Source: Wenzhouxiangella sp. (GTDB taxonomy: Bacteria; Pseudomonadota; Gammaproteobacteria; Xanthomonadales; Wenzhouxiangellaceae). Taken from it: DNA of 36,160 bases. How positions within the stretch are numbered: the first letter of the stretch is position 1; each line of letters starts with the position of its first letter. The stretch covers positions 1-36,160 of the forward strand of contig SLJA01000070.1 of assembly GCA_007135355.1 (NCBI GenBank). The letters run 5' to 3'. Both the position numbers and the translations under genes were made by a program. Shown one piece after another: positions 9,700 through 20,026 of the stretch. Under the pieces are notes generated by a model. That model was not told the origin of the DNA and searched no databases. It saw only the letters and a list, made by a program, of their open reading frames with translations.

Positions 9700-11525
9700 C
9701 AATGCCCCAGCTCGAGCGCCCGGCTCATGACCCGCGCCGCCACCGGCGCCGCGACGCCGGCACCGCCACCGCCGTGCTCGACGACCACGCTCAACGCAAT
9801 ACGTGGTGCCTCCAGGGGGGCAAAGCCCATGAACAAGGCATGATTTCTCAAGTGTTCCGGAATATCCCCCTCCAGCAACCGACGGCGTTCATCGTCGTCA
9901 TCCGGCAGGCCGAACACCTGGGCGGTGCCGGTCTTGCCGGCCATTTGCACTGGCAGGTCCGCGGCAATGGCACGCGCCGTGCCCCGACTGCCGTGCACCG
10001 TGGCCGCCATGCCTCTGAATACGGCCTCCCAGTGGGCCTGCTGATGCTGCACCATCCGCGCCGGTTCGGATGCGCCGACCAGGCGCGGCGGCGCCGTGTA
10101 ACCACGCCCGGCCAGCGCCGCCGTGGCATGGGCCAGTTGCAGGGGCGTGACCACGGTAAAACCTTGACCAATGCCGGTAATGACTGTTTCACCCGGAAAC
10201 CAGGGCTCGCCAAAGGTGGCGCGCTTCCAGGCACGGGTCGGCAGAACGCCGGATGACTCCCCCGGCAGGTCGATGCCGGTACCGCGCCCAAAACCGAACA
10301 GGGCCAGCTCGCGCGCAATCCGGTCAATCCCCAAATCGATCGCCAGCTGATAGTAGTAAACGTTGACCGACTCGGCCAGGGCCAGCTCCAGATCCACCCA
10401 GCCATGTCCACCGCGGCGCCAGTCGCGAAATCTTCGGCTATGGCCGGGCAGTTGAAAATAACCGTTGGAGAAGACTCGACGCGTGGGCGTGATGTCGCCG
10501 GTGTCCAGTCCGGCCAGCGACAGAAACGGTTTGACCGTCGATCCAGGCTCGTAGCCTCCGGCCAGGAAGCGGTTGAACAAGGGGCGCTGTCGATCGGCCA
10601 GCAACGCCGAATAATCCTGTCGGCTAATCCCGTGGACGAACAGGTTGGTATCGAAACCGGGTTTGCTCACCAGGGCAAGCACTTCGCCACTGTCGATAGC
10701 CAGCACGACCACGGCGCCGGCGCGCGGACCCATGGCCTCAACGGCAGCCAGCTGTAAATCCAGATCGATGCTCAACTGCAAATCGCGGCCCGGCGTCGGC
10801 GGGGTTTGCTCCAGCACCCGCAGCACACGGCCCTGAGCGTTCGTCTCCACCCGTTTGACGCCGGGGAAACCATGCAGAAGATCCTCGTAATGACGCTCGA
10901 TCCCGGATTTGCCGACATGCGTGGTGCCGCGATAGCGTTCTACCGGCAGACGCCTCAGGTCGCGCTCGTCCATTCGACCGACATAGCCGATGACGTGGGC
11001 CAAGGCGTTCGGATGATGGTAATAGCGCGTGAGGTAGGCTTCGATTTCGACGCCGGGCAGACGATGACGATGGGCGGCCAGACGAGCCAGCTGCTCGGCG
11101 GTCAAATTCGGCTTCAGAGTGACCGCCTGAAACCGACGCGAGCGCTGGCGCTGGCGCTCGAAACGCTCCAGATCATCGGCACTCAGATCGATCAGGTCGT
11201 GCAGCTGGTCCAGGGTTTCAGCAATCGACGGCGTGCGCTCGGGCACGATGACCAGGCGATGCGCCGGACGGTTCTCAGCCAGCACTCGCCCGTGTCGATC
11301 CAGAATCAAGCCGCGATTCGGCGGCAACACTTGCAGGCGAATGCGATTGTCCTCGGCGCGCCCAGCAAACAGCTCATGCTGGTGGAGCTGCAGATGAGCG
11401 AAACGCCACGTCAGCAGAACAAGCACGATCAGAATCGCGGCGCTCAACCAGCGAAACCGCCCGCCGATGACGGTAAGCTCGGTCAGTTCGTCGCGCAATA
11501 CACCCAGAGATTTCGGTCGGTTCAT
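9699..11525 (-). CDS. mrdA: Penicillin-binding protein 2
   Basis: N-terminal TM, RGLILDR-x-G, GSTVKP (SxxK), ESVNVYYY (SxN), GKTGTAQ (KTG). Start placed at ATG 11525, overlapping the mreD stop. Confidence 0.95.
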   Translation of the reverse strand: MNRPKSLGVLRDELTELTVIGGRFRWLSAAILIVLVLLTWRFAHLQLHQHELFAGRAEDNRIRLQVLPPNRGLILDRHGRVLAENRPAHRLVIVPERTPSIAETLDQLHDLIDLSADDLERFERQRQRSRRFQAVTLKPNLTAEQLARLAAHRHRLPGVEIEAYLTRYYHHPNALAHVIGYVGRMDERDLRRLPVERYRGTTHVGKSGIERHYEDLLHGFPGVKRVETNAQGRVLRVLEQTPPTPGRDLQLSIDLDLQLAAVEAMGPRAGAVVVLAIDSGEVLALVSKPGFDTNLFVHGISRQDYSALLADRQRPLFNRFLAGGYEPGSTVKPFLSLAGLDTGDITPTRRVFSNGYFQLPGHSRRFRDWRRGGHGWVDLELALAESVNVYYYQLAIDLGIDRIARELALFGFGRGTGIDLPGESSGVLPTRAWKRATFGEPWFPGETVITGIGQGFTVVTPLQLAHATAALAGRGYTAPPRLVGASEPARMVQHQQAHWEAVFRGMAATVHGSRGTARAIAADLPVQMAGKTGTAQVFGLPDDDDERRRLLEGDIPEHLRNHALFMGFAPLEAPRIALSVVVEHGGGGAGVAAPVAARVMSRALELGH

Positions 11526-12016
11526 GATGATTTGCGCACGCGCTGGCGACGGCGCATCGCGTCGAGCAACAAAAACAGCCATGGCCACAAGGCCACGCTG
11601 ACCAAGGGACCCAGCCACCAGCTCCAGTGCGGCCAGCCTTCTCCGGCCAGACCAACCACCCACAAATGGATGATACGGTCGTTAAGCAACAACGCCAACA
11701 CCACCGCTGCTTGCTGCCACGGCGGAAAAAAACGAATGCGCGCGCGGAATCGTTCCAGCAAGTAGCACAGTATCACCAACGCCAGGGCATGCTGACCCAA
11801 CAGGGTGCCCGTCATGAGGTCCAGCAATAAACCCAGCGCAAAGCACTGCCCCAGCAAGCGCAAGCGCCCGCCCTCCAGATTCCAATAGATAATCAGCAGT
11901 GCCAGCCAGTGTGGTCGCGCTGCCTGCAGCGACTCGGGCATCGGCATCAGCGTCAGCAGCAGGCCAACGGCCAGGGTAAGCAGGCACAGCACCTGGTCGG
12001 AGTCGCGCGCACTCAC
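11522..12016 (-). CDS. mreD: Rod shape-determining protein MreD
   Basis: Hydrophobic 164 aa; RPHW..LLIIYW, GLLLDL..G..LGQHAL; lies between mreC and mrdA. Confidence 0.93.
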   Translation of the reverse strand: MSARDSDQVLCLLTLAVGLLLTLMPMPESLQAARPHWLALLIIYWNLEGGRLRLLGQCFALGLLLDLMTGTLLGQHALALVILCYLLERFRARIRFFPPWQQAAVVLALLLNDRIIHLWVVGLAGEGWPHWSWWLGPLVSVALWPWLFLLLDAMRRRQRVRKSS

Positions 12017-12984
12017 AGCGAGCCGCCGGCGTCGCTTGGCGCCGCATCAGCGGGGGCCGCATCACCCGCTGCAGACTGCGACTGGTCCGGCTCGCTTGCC
12101 TCCGGCGGCATTGGGTCCGGCGCTGGATGCTGTATCTCATCCCGTTCCACAATCGGATCCAGCACCAGCAGGTGACGCGAGCGATCCGGCCGTCCGCGCG
12201 CGCGCAAGTCGGCGCGGGCAAAGGATGCCCCCACCGGCCGCTCCACCGAATCGACTCGACCCACCGGCAGACCCGCGGGAAAAAGCCCGTCCAGCCCGGA
12301 CGTCAGCACTACATCTCCGGGTTGCAGATCGACATTCATGGGCAGATCGGTCAAGCGCATTTGCGCATTCAGACCGCTGCCATAGGCAATGGTGCGCAGA
12401 CCGGTGCGCTCGATGCGCACCGGCAGGGCATGATCGGGATCGGTCAACAAGATCACGCGCGCCGAATGCAGGAAAACTTCGTCGACCTGACCGACCAGCC
12501 CATGGGCATCGATGACCGGCTGCCCCGGCTGCAGCCCGTCGCGGCTGCCGCGGTTGATCAGAATACGGTGCGAGAAGGGGTTAAGGTCGACGCGTCGAAC
12601 CTCGGCGGCCACGTAACCCAGCGCCGGGCGCTGGCCGGCGTCGAGCAGTTCGCGCAGTTCGGCATTTTCCTGGCGCAGCTCTTCCAGCACCATGAGTTCG
12701 GCCGATACCACCGCCAGATCCAGACGCAGCGCGCGCGCCTCGGCCAACAGCTGCCGGTGTGATCTCAAAGCCTCGCCGAGTCTGGCGCTGGCCTGATAAG
12801 GCCACTCAACCAACAGCACCAGCGGTTCGACCCATAAACCGGCCGTAGCCCGCGCCCGGTCTACCCAGCGCTCACGAAAATCCAGACTCATCAATATGAT
12901 GGCCAAAAGCGCGTACAACATCAGCCGGGTGGTGCGTCCGGCCAGTTCGCCGCCGGAGGTATATGGGGCGCCGGGAACGTTCAC
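12013..12984 (-). CDS. mreC: Rod shape-determining protein MreC
   Basis: TM plus coiled coil (LRQENAELRELL), INRGSRDG, GLVGQV, TSGLDGLFPAGLPVG; low-complexity tail. Confidence 0.95.
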   Translation of the reverse strand: MNVPGAPYTSGGELAGRTTRLMLYALLAIILMSLDFRERWVDRARATAGLWVEPLVLLVEWPYQASARLGEALRSHRQLLAEARALRLDLAVVSAELMVLEELRQENAELRELLDAGQRPALGYVAAEVRRVDLNPFSHRILINRGSRDGLQPGQPVIDAHGLVGQVDEVFLHSARVILLTDPDHALPVRIERTGLRTIAYGSGLNAQMRLTDLPMNVDLQPGDVVLTSGLDGLFPAGLPVGRVDSVERPVGASFARADLRARGRPDRSRHLLVLDPIVERDEIQHPAPDPMPPEASEPDQSQSAAGDAAPADAAPSDAGGSL

Positions 12985-13020
12985 CAGCCAAACAGTGCGC
13001 TCAGGCCACCATGCGGCAGA

Positions 13021-14109
<1,089 letters not shown>

Positions 14110-14344
14110 CTATTGTACAGCCCGGCCCTGTTAAATGGCCGGTAATTCGTGCCCCGGGCTGTTTTCCGGTTCGTAACGGGCGAACCAACGCAGAAAAGCC
14201 TCGGCCTCCAGCCCCGGAGCATAGAGGAAGCCCTGGGCGTAATCACAGCCTGCGCGACGCAGGAGCCCGGCCCGCAAACCGATCAATCCCCCCGACGGCC
14301 AGCGGCGTTAAACTATGAAATTGACTCGATTCCCGCCTGCATCC

Positions 14345-15286
14345 ATGGCCATCCTCATCTGCGGCTCTATCGCCTACGACAACATCATGGTGTTCCCGGA
14401 GCGTTTCCGCGACCACATCCTGCCGGACAAGACCCATATGCTCAACGTGGCTTTTCTGGTGCCCGAACTGCACCGATTTTTCGGCGGTTGCGCCGGCAAC
14501 ATCGCCTACAGCCTGAAGAAAATGGGCGGAGAACCGATTCCCATGGCAACGGTCGGCAGTGACTTCGACGACTACGCGCGCCACCTTGACCGAATGGACA
14601 TCCGCACCGACCGGATCCGGCGCCTGGATGATTTCTGGACGGCCCAGGCCTACATCACCACCGACATCGATGACAACCAGATCACGGCTTTTCATCCCGG
14701 CGCCATGAACGAGGCGCACCAGGCCGTGATTGCGGCCGATCCTGAGATCACTCTCGGTATCGTGTCGCCCGATGGCAAGCAAGCCATGCTGGACCATTCC
14801 GAGCAAATGGCAGCCGCCGGCATCCCGCATGTCTTCGATCCCGGCCAGGGCCTACCGCTGTTTAGCGGTGAAGAGCTGACCACGATGATCAAACGCGCCG
14901 ACTGGCTGACGGTCAATTCCTATGAATGGGAGTTGCTGAAAAAAAAGACCGGCCTGGAGCGCGAGTCCGTGCTCAAGCTGCTTGCGGCCGGCCTGATCAT
15001 CACCCATGGCGGCCAGGGCTCTGAGCTGATCACCGCCGACGGAGTGCAGACCATTGCCGCCGTCAAGCCCGAGCGCATTGAAGACCCGACCGGCTGCGGT
15101 GACGCCTATCGGGCCGGCCTGCTGTTCGGGCTGGAGCGCGGCTGGCCGGCAGCGGATGCCTGCCGTCTGGGCGCCGTGCTGGGGGCCATCAAGATTGCCC
15201 ACGCCGGTCCGCAACAGCATGATTTCACCCCGGCGCAGATCGCGGAATTATTCGAAACCGCGTTCGCCAAACCCCTGCCCGGCTGA
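14345..15286 (+). CDS. PfkB-family carbohydrate/nucleoside (adenosine) kinase
   Basis: GSIAYD, GGCAGNIAY, FDPGQ, DPTGCGDAYRAG PfkB signature. Start placed at ATG 14345. Confidence 0.9.
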   Translation: MAILICGSIAYDNIMVFPERFRDHILPDKTHMLNVAFLVPELHRFFGGCAGNIAYSLKKMGGEPIPMATVGSDFDDYARHLDRMDIRTDRIRRLDDFWTAQAYITTDIDDNQITAFHPGAMNEAHQAVIAADPEITLGIVSPDGKQAMLDHSEQMAAAGIPHVFDPGQGLPLFSGEELTTMIKRADWLTVNSYEWELLKKKTGLERESVLKLLAAGLIITHGGQGSELITADGVQTIAAVKPERIEDPTGCGDAYRAGLLFGLERGWPAADACRLGAVLGAIKIAHAGPQQHDFTPAQIAELFETAFAKPLPG

Positions 15287-15344
15287 CTGCAATCCGCAGC
15301 CGGCAGACTGTCTTCATTCACCCACTCATCGCGGATGTTTCCCC

Positions 15345-15827
15345 ATGCACCAACAAATCGATGCCAAACATCTGAAGGACTCGTTTCTGGGCGAGGAACT
15401 CAACGACGCCGACATTGACGCTTTGCGCAGCGTGATGACGATCCAGACCGTCAGCGCAGGGGACTTTCTGGCCGAAGAAGGATCTCACGACCGTCATCTC
15501 TACCTGCTGGCTCAGGGTGGTCTGGAAGTGCTGACCCTGCAGCAGGGGGAACCGACACATATCTATGCCATGGCGCCAGGCGAATTTGCCGGAACACGCG
15601 CTTTCATCGACGGCACGGCGCGCTCGGCCTCGCTCAAGGCGCAGACCGATTCGGTCGTCTACTGCCTGGAACCGGGCCCATTTGAAACACTGATCGAATC
15701 GCATCCACGCCTGGTCTACAAGATCATGCGCGCCATCTTCCGCATCACCCACCTGAACCTGATGCGCATGAATCGCGAGGCCCAAGAGTTGGCCAACTAC
15801 GTCTACAAGATCGGCGGGCGCTACTGA
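15345..15827 (+). CDS. Stand-alone cyclic-nucleotide-binding (CRP-like sensor) domain protein with no HTH
   Basis: AGDFL-x-x-EG, LYLL-x-x-G-x-LEV, PGEFAG...RSASL: the cNMP beta-barrel pattern followed by a C-helix. Start placed at ATG 15345. Confidence 0.85.
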   Translation: MHQQIDAKHLKDSFLGEELNDADIDALRSVMTIQTVSAGDFLAEEGSHDRHLYLLAQGGLEVLTLQQGEPTHIYAMAPGEFAGTRAFIDGTARSASLKAQTDSVVYCLEPGPFETLIESHPRLVYKIMRAIFRITHLNLMRMNREAQELANYVYKIGGRY

Positions 15828-15894
15828 GCACCTGACGCAGGCTTGAGCAGCCGGCGCGCGGCACTGGTCGACCGGCGCATCACGAACTTTGCAT

Positions 15895-15923
15895 TTGTCT
15901 ACAGCGCGTGAATGCGCTAACGT
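15895..15923 (+). promoter_or_regulatory. Candidate sigma70 promoter for the tetraheme cytochrome gene
   Basis: TTGTCT-17 nt-TAACGT upstream of a GGAG SD and ATG 15969. Confidence 0.3.
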
Positions 15924-15968
15924 ATGCCCTCCGGAGGATGGTTCCGAGAGCTTGATGGAGAAAGACTG

Positions 15969-16286
15969 ATGAAAAAACAACTGCTAATCCTGGCCTTGGC
16001 CAGTTTGTTGGCCCTGGTGGCCGGCCCGATTGTTGCCGACACCAATGAACAGTGCCTGATGTGCCATCAGGACGTGAAAGACAACCCGGTCCCAGCCCAC
16101 AGGGACTGCATGGCCTGCCACGCCGGCGGCGCGGAGGAGCACATGGACAACATCCGTGTCCCACCGGATGCCGTCACCGATGACACCTGCATCACCTGTC
16201 ATCAGCCGACCGAGGACTTCATGGCCATTCGCGCGCACCAAATGGAAATGGAGTGCAGCGCCTGCCATACCATTCACGAAAAGTAG
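15969..16286 (+). CDS. Small periplasmic tetraheme cytochrome c
   Basis: Sec signal (MKKQLLILALASLLALVAGPIVA); four CxxCH motifs (CLMCH, CMACH, CITCH, CSACH) and four additional His; GGAG SD. Confidence 0.92.
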   Translation: MKKQLLILALASLLALVAGPIVADTNEQCLMCHQDVKDNPVPAHRDCMACHAGGAEEHMDNIRVPPDAVTDDTCITCHQPTEDFMAIRAHQMEMECSACHTIHEK

Positions 16287-16304
16287 AACACAGCGCTTCA
16301 CCGC

Positions 16305-16342
16305 AACCGCCGCCGAACTTAGCGTTGGGCGGCGGTTTTTTT
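16305..16342 (+). terminator. Intrinsic terminator after the tetraheme cytochrome
   Basis: AACCGCCGCC...GGCGGCGGTT stem running into a T7 tract. Confidence 0.85.
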
Positions 16343-16374
16343 GCCCTTCCGGCGGGTGCTACCGCTGAACCCGG

Positions 16375-17238
16375 TCAACCGGCAGCCGCCAGCGCTGCCT
16401 TGCGTTGCCGCGCCCACAGTATGAAAGCCACCGCGGTGATATTCATCATCAAGGCGTACATGATGGCCGGCACCAGCATGGCCGGGGTCGCAAACAAGGT
16501 CACCGCGATGAAGATCGCCAGCGCCGCGTTCTGCAGCCCGCCTTCCAGGGTCACCGCCACGGCATCCGCGTAATCCAGCTTCATGGCGCGCGCCGTCAGC
16601 ATGCCCAGCACCATCGTTCCCACGTTCAAGGCCAGAATGAAGGGGCCAAGATCGACCAGATGGCGCATCATGGTCGATCCCTGGTTGATGAAAGCCCAGA
16701 CCACGATGAAAGCAAACGCGACCGTGGCCAGACGGCGCGCCGCGATACGAATGCGCGCCGACCAGTGAGGCTTGAGGCCGTTCAGCAGCATTCCGGCGAT
16801 CAGCGGCAGACCGGTGACGAAGAAGACGCTCAGCAGGATCTGAGTCGGCGGCACCGTGACCAGAGCACTATCACCCAGCAGGGCGGCCTGAGCCAGCCAC
16901 AGGATCAGCGGAATGGTCAGCATCCCGGCCAGGCTGGCCAGCGCCGTTGCCGACACCGACAGCGCGGCGTTGCCACCGGCCAGCACGGTGAGCAGGTTCG
17001 AGGTCGGCCCACCTGGGCAGGCCGCCAGAATCATGATGCCAAAAGCAAATTCCGGCCGGCCGGCGTAAATGAAAACCAGCATCGCGCCGATCAGCGGCAA
17101 CAGCAGGATCTGGTTGCCCAGCGCGGCGACCAGCGAGCGGGGACGCCGAAAAACGGCCACGAAATCATCCACGCGCAGCCCCAAGCCCACGGCGAACATG
17201 ATGAAGGCCAGGCCCAGGGGTAATAGCAGGTCACTCAT
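16375..17238 (-). CDS. Bile acid:sodium symporter (BASS/SBF) family transporter
   Basis: IMFAVGLGL, Q-x-x-LLPL, ILAACPGG-x-x-SN, GN-x-ALSV, EGGLQNAALA. GAGG SD before ATG 17238. Confidence 0.9.
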   Translation of the reverse strand: MSDLLLPLGLAFIMFAVGLGLRVDDFVAVFRRPRSLVAALGNQILLLPLIGAMLVFIYAGRPEFAFGIMILAACPGGPTSNLLTVLAGGNAALSVSATALASLAGMLTIPLILWLAQAALLGDSALVTVPPTQILLSVFFVTGLPLIAGMLLNGLKPHWSARIRIAARRLATVAFAFIVVWAFINQGSTMMRHLVDLGPFILALNVGTMVLGMLTARAMKLDYADAVAVTLEGGLQNAALAIFIAVTLFATPAMLVPAIMYALMMNITAVAFILWARQRKAALAAAG

Positions 17239-17251
17239 CTGGTTTCCTCGT

Positions 17252-18178
17252 TTAATGGTTTGCGTAAAGCCGCACGGCAACGACCCCGACAATCATCAAA
17301 ATGGTCAGCATCAACTGCAAGGCGGTGGTGTGTTTCAGGCTTCGATTGTAGTCAGCAGCATGACGCGCGCCGGACACTCGCCGAGACAGCGGCACCGCGA
17401 CTGTCAAAACAAGTAGCCCCAGTAGCGCGCCGACCCAGGGACGGCCCTGCAAGGCCAGCAACAGCAGCACCGGGCCAATCGCCAACAGCAGCAACCGGAT
17501 ACCGCCCGCGGCCCGGTCCGGCCCCAGCAAGATGGCCAGGGTGCGACGGCCGGCGCCGCAGTCGCTGGCATGATCGCGTAAGTTGTTGATAGTCAAAACC
17601 GCTGCCGCCGGCAGGCCGATCACCAGCCCAACGAGCACGGCCGAAGATGGCAAGGTGCCGGAGTACAGCCAGGCCACGCCGCCCACGGCGACCAGACCGA
17701 AAAAGACCAGAACGACAAGCTCCCCGAACGGCCCACGCGAAATCGGTCGCGGCCCGCCGGAATAAGCCCAGGCGGCCACAACCGCCAGCAAACCCAAAAC
17801 GACCAGTGGCCAGCCGCCGATCGCCACAAGGTAGACACCGGCCAGCACCGCCAGGGCAAAAGACAGCCAGGCGCAGCGCTGCATGGCCCTAGCCGACACC
17901 CAGCCCATTTGGGTGACGCGCGCCGGCCCGGGTCGCGCCGGTCCGTCGGTGCCGTTTAGGGTATCGGCGGCATCGTTTTGCAGATTAGCGCCAATTTGCA
18001 TACAGGCGGCCGAGATGGCGGCAGCCAGGGTGATGTCGGGTCGCACCACGCCAGCTTCGACCCAACCAACCAGAGACCCGGCCAGAACAGGGCAAACAGA
18101 CAGCGGCAGCGTATGCGGCCGGATCGCCCGCCATCCGATCACTATGGGCGACGGGCGCGCTCCAGTCACGGCGCTCAT
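17252..18178 (-). CDS. menA: 1,4-dihydroxy-2-naphthoate polyprenyltransferase (MenA family)
   Basis: W-x-AIRPHTLPLS, ANLQNDAAD...D, YSGGP-x-P, GELVVLVFFG, NNLRD-x-x-x-D-x-x-x-GRRTLA. Confidence 0.85.
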   Translation of the reverse strand: MSAVTGARPSPIVIGWRAIRPHTLPLSVCPVLAGSLVGWVEAGVVRPDITLAAAISAACMQIGANLQNDAADTLNGTDGPARPGPARVTQMGWVSARAMQRCAWLSFALAVLAGVYLVAIGGWPLVVLGLLAVVAAWAYSGGPRPISRGPFGELVVLVFFGLVAVGGVAWLYSGTLPSSAVLVGLVIGLPAAAVLTINNLRDHASDCGAGRRTLAILLGPDRAAGGIRLLLLAIGPVLLLLALQGRPWVGALLGLLVLTVAVPLSRRVSGARHAADYNRSLKHTTALQLMLTILMIVGVVAVRLYANH

Positions 18179-18295
18179 GCGCGCACCGCTGGCTCTGACT
18201 GGGAAACAGGGCCACTCATGTCAATCAAGCTCAAGTTCGAACATCACCGCAGGTAAACATGCCTGTAGTTTGCGTCATTATTTCTCACCGGGTAC

Positions 18296-18336
18296 TTGAC
18301 CTGTATCAATTGCCGGCTGGCGCAGAAACGTATCAT
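18296..18336 (+). promoter_or_regulatory. FNR-type box with class II promoter geometry, upstream of the Moco RNA and moaA
   Basis: TTGAC-CTGT-ATCAA at 18296-18309 (9/10 match to TTGAT-N4-ATCAA). A -10 TATCAT at 18331-18336 places the box centre about 41 nt upstream of the predicted +1. Confidence 0.75.
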
Positions 18337-18352
18337 CATTCTGGAAACAACT

Positions 18353-18508
18353 CACTCCGAGCGCATCCGCCTAAGCCATCCGCTGTCGCAGCCGACGGTA
18401 TGGCCGATGCGCCGCTGGACCGATTCCGCGGGGAACGGTATCCAGCCGGGGCAGCAACCGGAAACGGCGCTGCCTTCCGAACCCTTTAACAAGGACCCGA
18501 AAAGGAGC
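18353..18508 (+). ncRNA. Moco RNA motif (molybdenum cofactor riboswitch candidate)
   Basis: Lies in the moaA 5' UTR. CTCC (18355-58) pairs with GGAG of the SD (18504-07). Stems GCGCATC/GATGCGC and GCTGGA/TCCAGC; CCG-GAAA-CGG tetraloop; an 11-nt receptor CCTAAG (18370-75)...TATGG (18399-403). Confidence 0.85.
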
Positions 18509-18513
18509 TCGAA

Positions 18514-19491
18514 ATGCACAGCCTGCGCGACCGGTTCAACCGGCGCTTTTCCTACCTCAGACTGTCGGTTACCGAAGTCTGCAACTTCCGCTGTGAATAT
18601 TGTCTGCCCCAGGGCTATCGCGGGCGAACGCGTGGTTTTCTGGAGCTGGACGAGATTCGCCGCCTGGTCACCGCGTTCGCCCAGCTTGGCACCCGCAAGC
18701 TGCGCCTGACCGGCGGCGAACCCAGCCTGCGGCGCGATTTTCTCGACATCGTGCGCACGGTGCGCGGCGTTCCGAGCATCGAGCGGCTGGCCATGACCAC
18801 CAACGCCTACCGCCTGGCCAGAGATGCCGACGCACTCAAGGCCGCCGGCATGGACGCCATCAACATCAGCCTGGACGGACTGGAAGCCGAACAGTTCCGG
18901 CGTATCACCGGCGATCGCCGCTTCGACAAGGTCATGGCCGGCATCGAGCGCGCGCTGGAAGTCGGCTTTGACCGCGTCAAGGTCAACACCGTGTTGTTGC
19001 GCGGTCTGAACGACGGCGCGCTTGAACCGTTTTTCGAGTTCGTCCGCGAGCGTCCGATCAGCGTGCGCTTCATCGAACTGATGCGCACCGGCGACAACCA
19101 GGCCTACTTCGAGCAACGCCACGTGGGCGGCAGCCTGGTTCGGGAGGCCCTGCTGCAGGCCGGCTGGCAGGCCCAGGCGCGGGCTGCCACCGATGGACCG
19201 GCGGTCGAGTATGCCCATCCCGAATATGCCGGCCGCATCGGCATCATCGCGCCCTACTCGCCCGGTTTCTGTGACAGTTGCAACCGCCTGCGGGTGACCG
19301 CGCGCGGGGGCTTGCGCCTGTGTCTGTTCGGCACCGGCAACGCCAATCTGCGACCGCTACTGGCGCGCGACGATCAGCTAGAGGAACTAAAAGCGCATAT
19401 CATGTTGTCTTTGTTCGACAAAGGCTCGGCGCACCGACTGCATCGCGGCGACTTTGGCGACACCCCCCATTTAGCCAGCACTGGAGGTTGA
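18514..19491 (+). CDS. moaA: GTP 3',8-cyclase (radical SAM)
   Basis: YLRLSVT-x-x-CNFRCEYC, RLTGGEP, FC-x-x-CNRLR...LCLF, C-terminal GG. Confidence 0.98.
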   Translation: MHSLRDRFNRRFSYLRLSVTEVCNFRCEYCLPQGYRGRTRGFLELDEIRRLVTAFAQLGTRKLRLTGGEPSLRRDFLDIVRTVRGVPSIERLAMTTNAYRLARDADALKAAGMDAINISLDGLEAEQFRRITGDRRFDKVMAGIERALEVGFDRVKVNTVLLRGLNDGALEPFFEFVRERPISVRFIELMRTGDNQAYFEQRHVGGSLVREALLQAGWQAQARAATDGPAVEYAHPEYAGRIGIIAPYSPGFCDSCNRLRVTARGGLRLCLFGTGNANLRPLLARDDQLEELKAHIMLSLFDKGSAHRLHRGDFGDTPHLASTGG

Positions 19492-19499
19492 CCCAACCC

Positions 19500-20000
19500 A
19501 TGAGCGATCGCCGCCATTACCGCATGGTTGACGTCGGCGCCAAGGCCGTCACTCGTCGGCGCGCCGTAGCGACCGGGCATATCCGCATGAACCCGGACAC
19601 CTTTGTCATGGTGCGCGACGGCACGCTGCCCAAGGGTGACCCGCTGCGCCTGGCCGAAGTGGCCGGCGTGCTGGCGGCCAAGCGCACGGCCGATCTGATC
19701 CCGCTGTGTCACCCGCTGGGTCTGGATCACGTGGCCGTGGCGTTCCGCGCCGACGAGCTGCTACCCGGCATCCAGGTCTTCTGCCAGGCCTCGACCTCGG
19801 CCCGGACCGGCGTCGAGATGGAAGCACTGGCCGGCGTCAACGCCGCGCTGCTGACCATCTGGGACCTGGCCAAGCAGGTTCAGGCCGATCTGGCCATCTG
19901 TGGCGTGCGGCTGCTGCTGAAGGAAGGCGGCAAATCGGGACTGTACTTGCACCCCGAGGGTCTGCCCGAGTTACCCGCCGGGTTCGAGGCACCGCCATGA
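19500..20000 (+). CDS. moaC: Cyclic pyranopterin monophosphate synthase
   Basis: MVDVGAK-x-x-T-x-R-x-A, [26 protein letters not shown]. Start placed at ATG 19500. Confidence 0.97.
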   Translation: MSDRRHYRMVDVGAKAVTRRRAVATGHIRMNPDTFVMVRDGTLPKGDPLRLAEVAGVLAAKRTADLIPLCHPLGLDHVAVAFRADELLPGIQVFCQASTSARTGVEMEALAGVNAALLTIWDLAKQVQADLAICGVRLLLKEGGKSGLYLHPEGLPELPAGFEAPP

Positions 20001-20026
20001 GCCACGCATCAGGAGAAACCATCACC

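Noticed and set aside
11526-11663. N-terminal extension of PBP2, and similar extensions of the cNMP protein, moaC, moaD, moaE and mtrB ORFs
   Set aside because: They overlap upstream genes; downstream ATGs with an SD or stop-start coupling fit family lengths better.
18215-18228. Second weak FNR-like site (CTCAT-GTCA-ATCAA) near the menA start
   Set aside because: Only an 8/10 match, with no suitably placed -10 element.
18179-18352. ModE box upstream of moaA
   Set aside because: No TATAT-N7-TAYAT-like sequence is visible.
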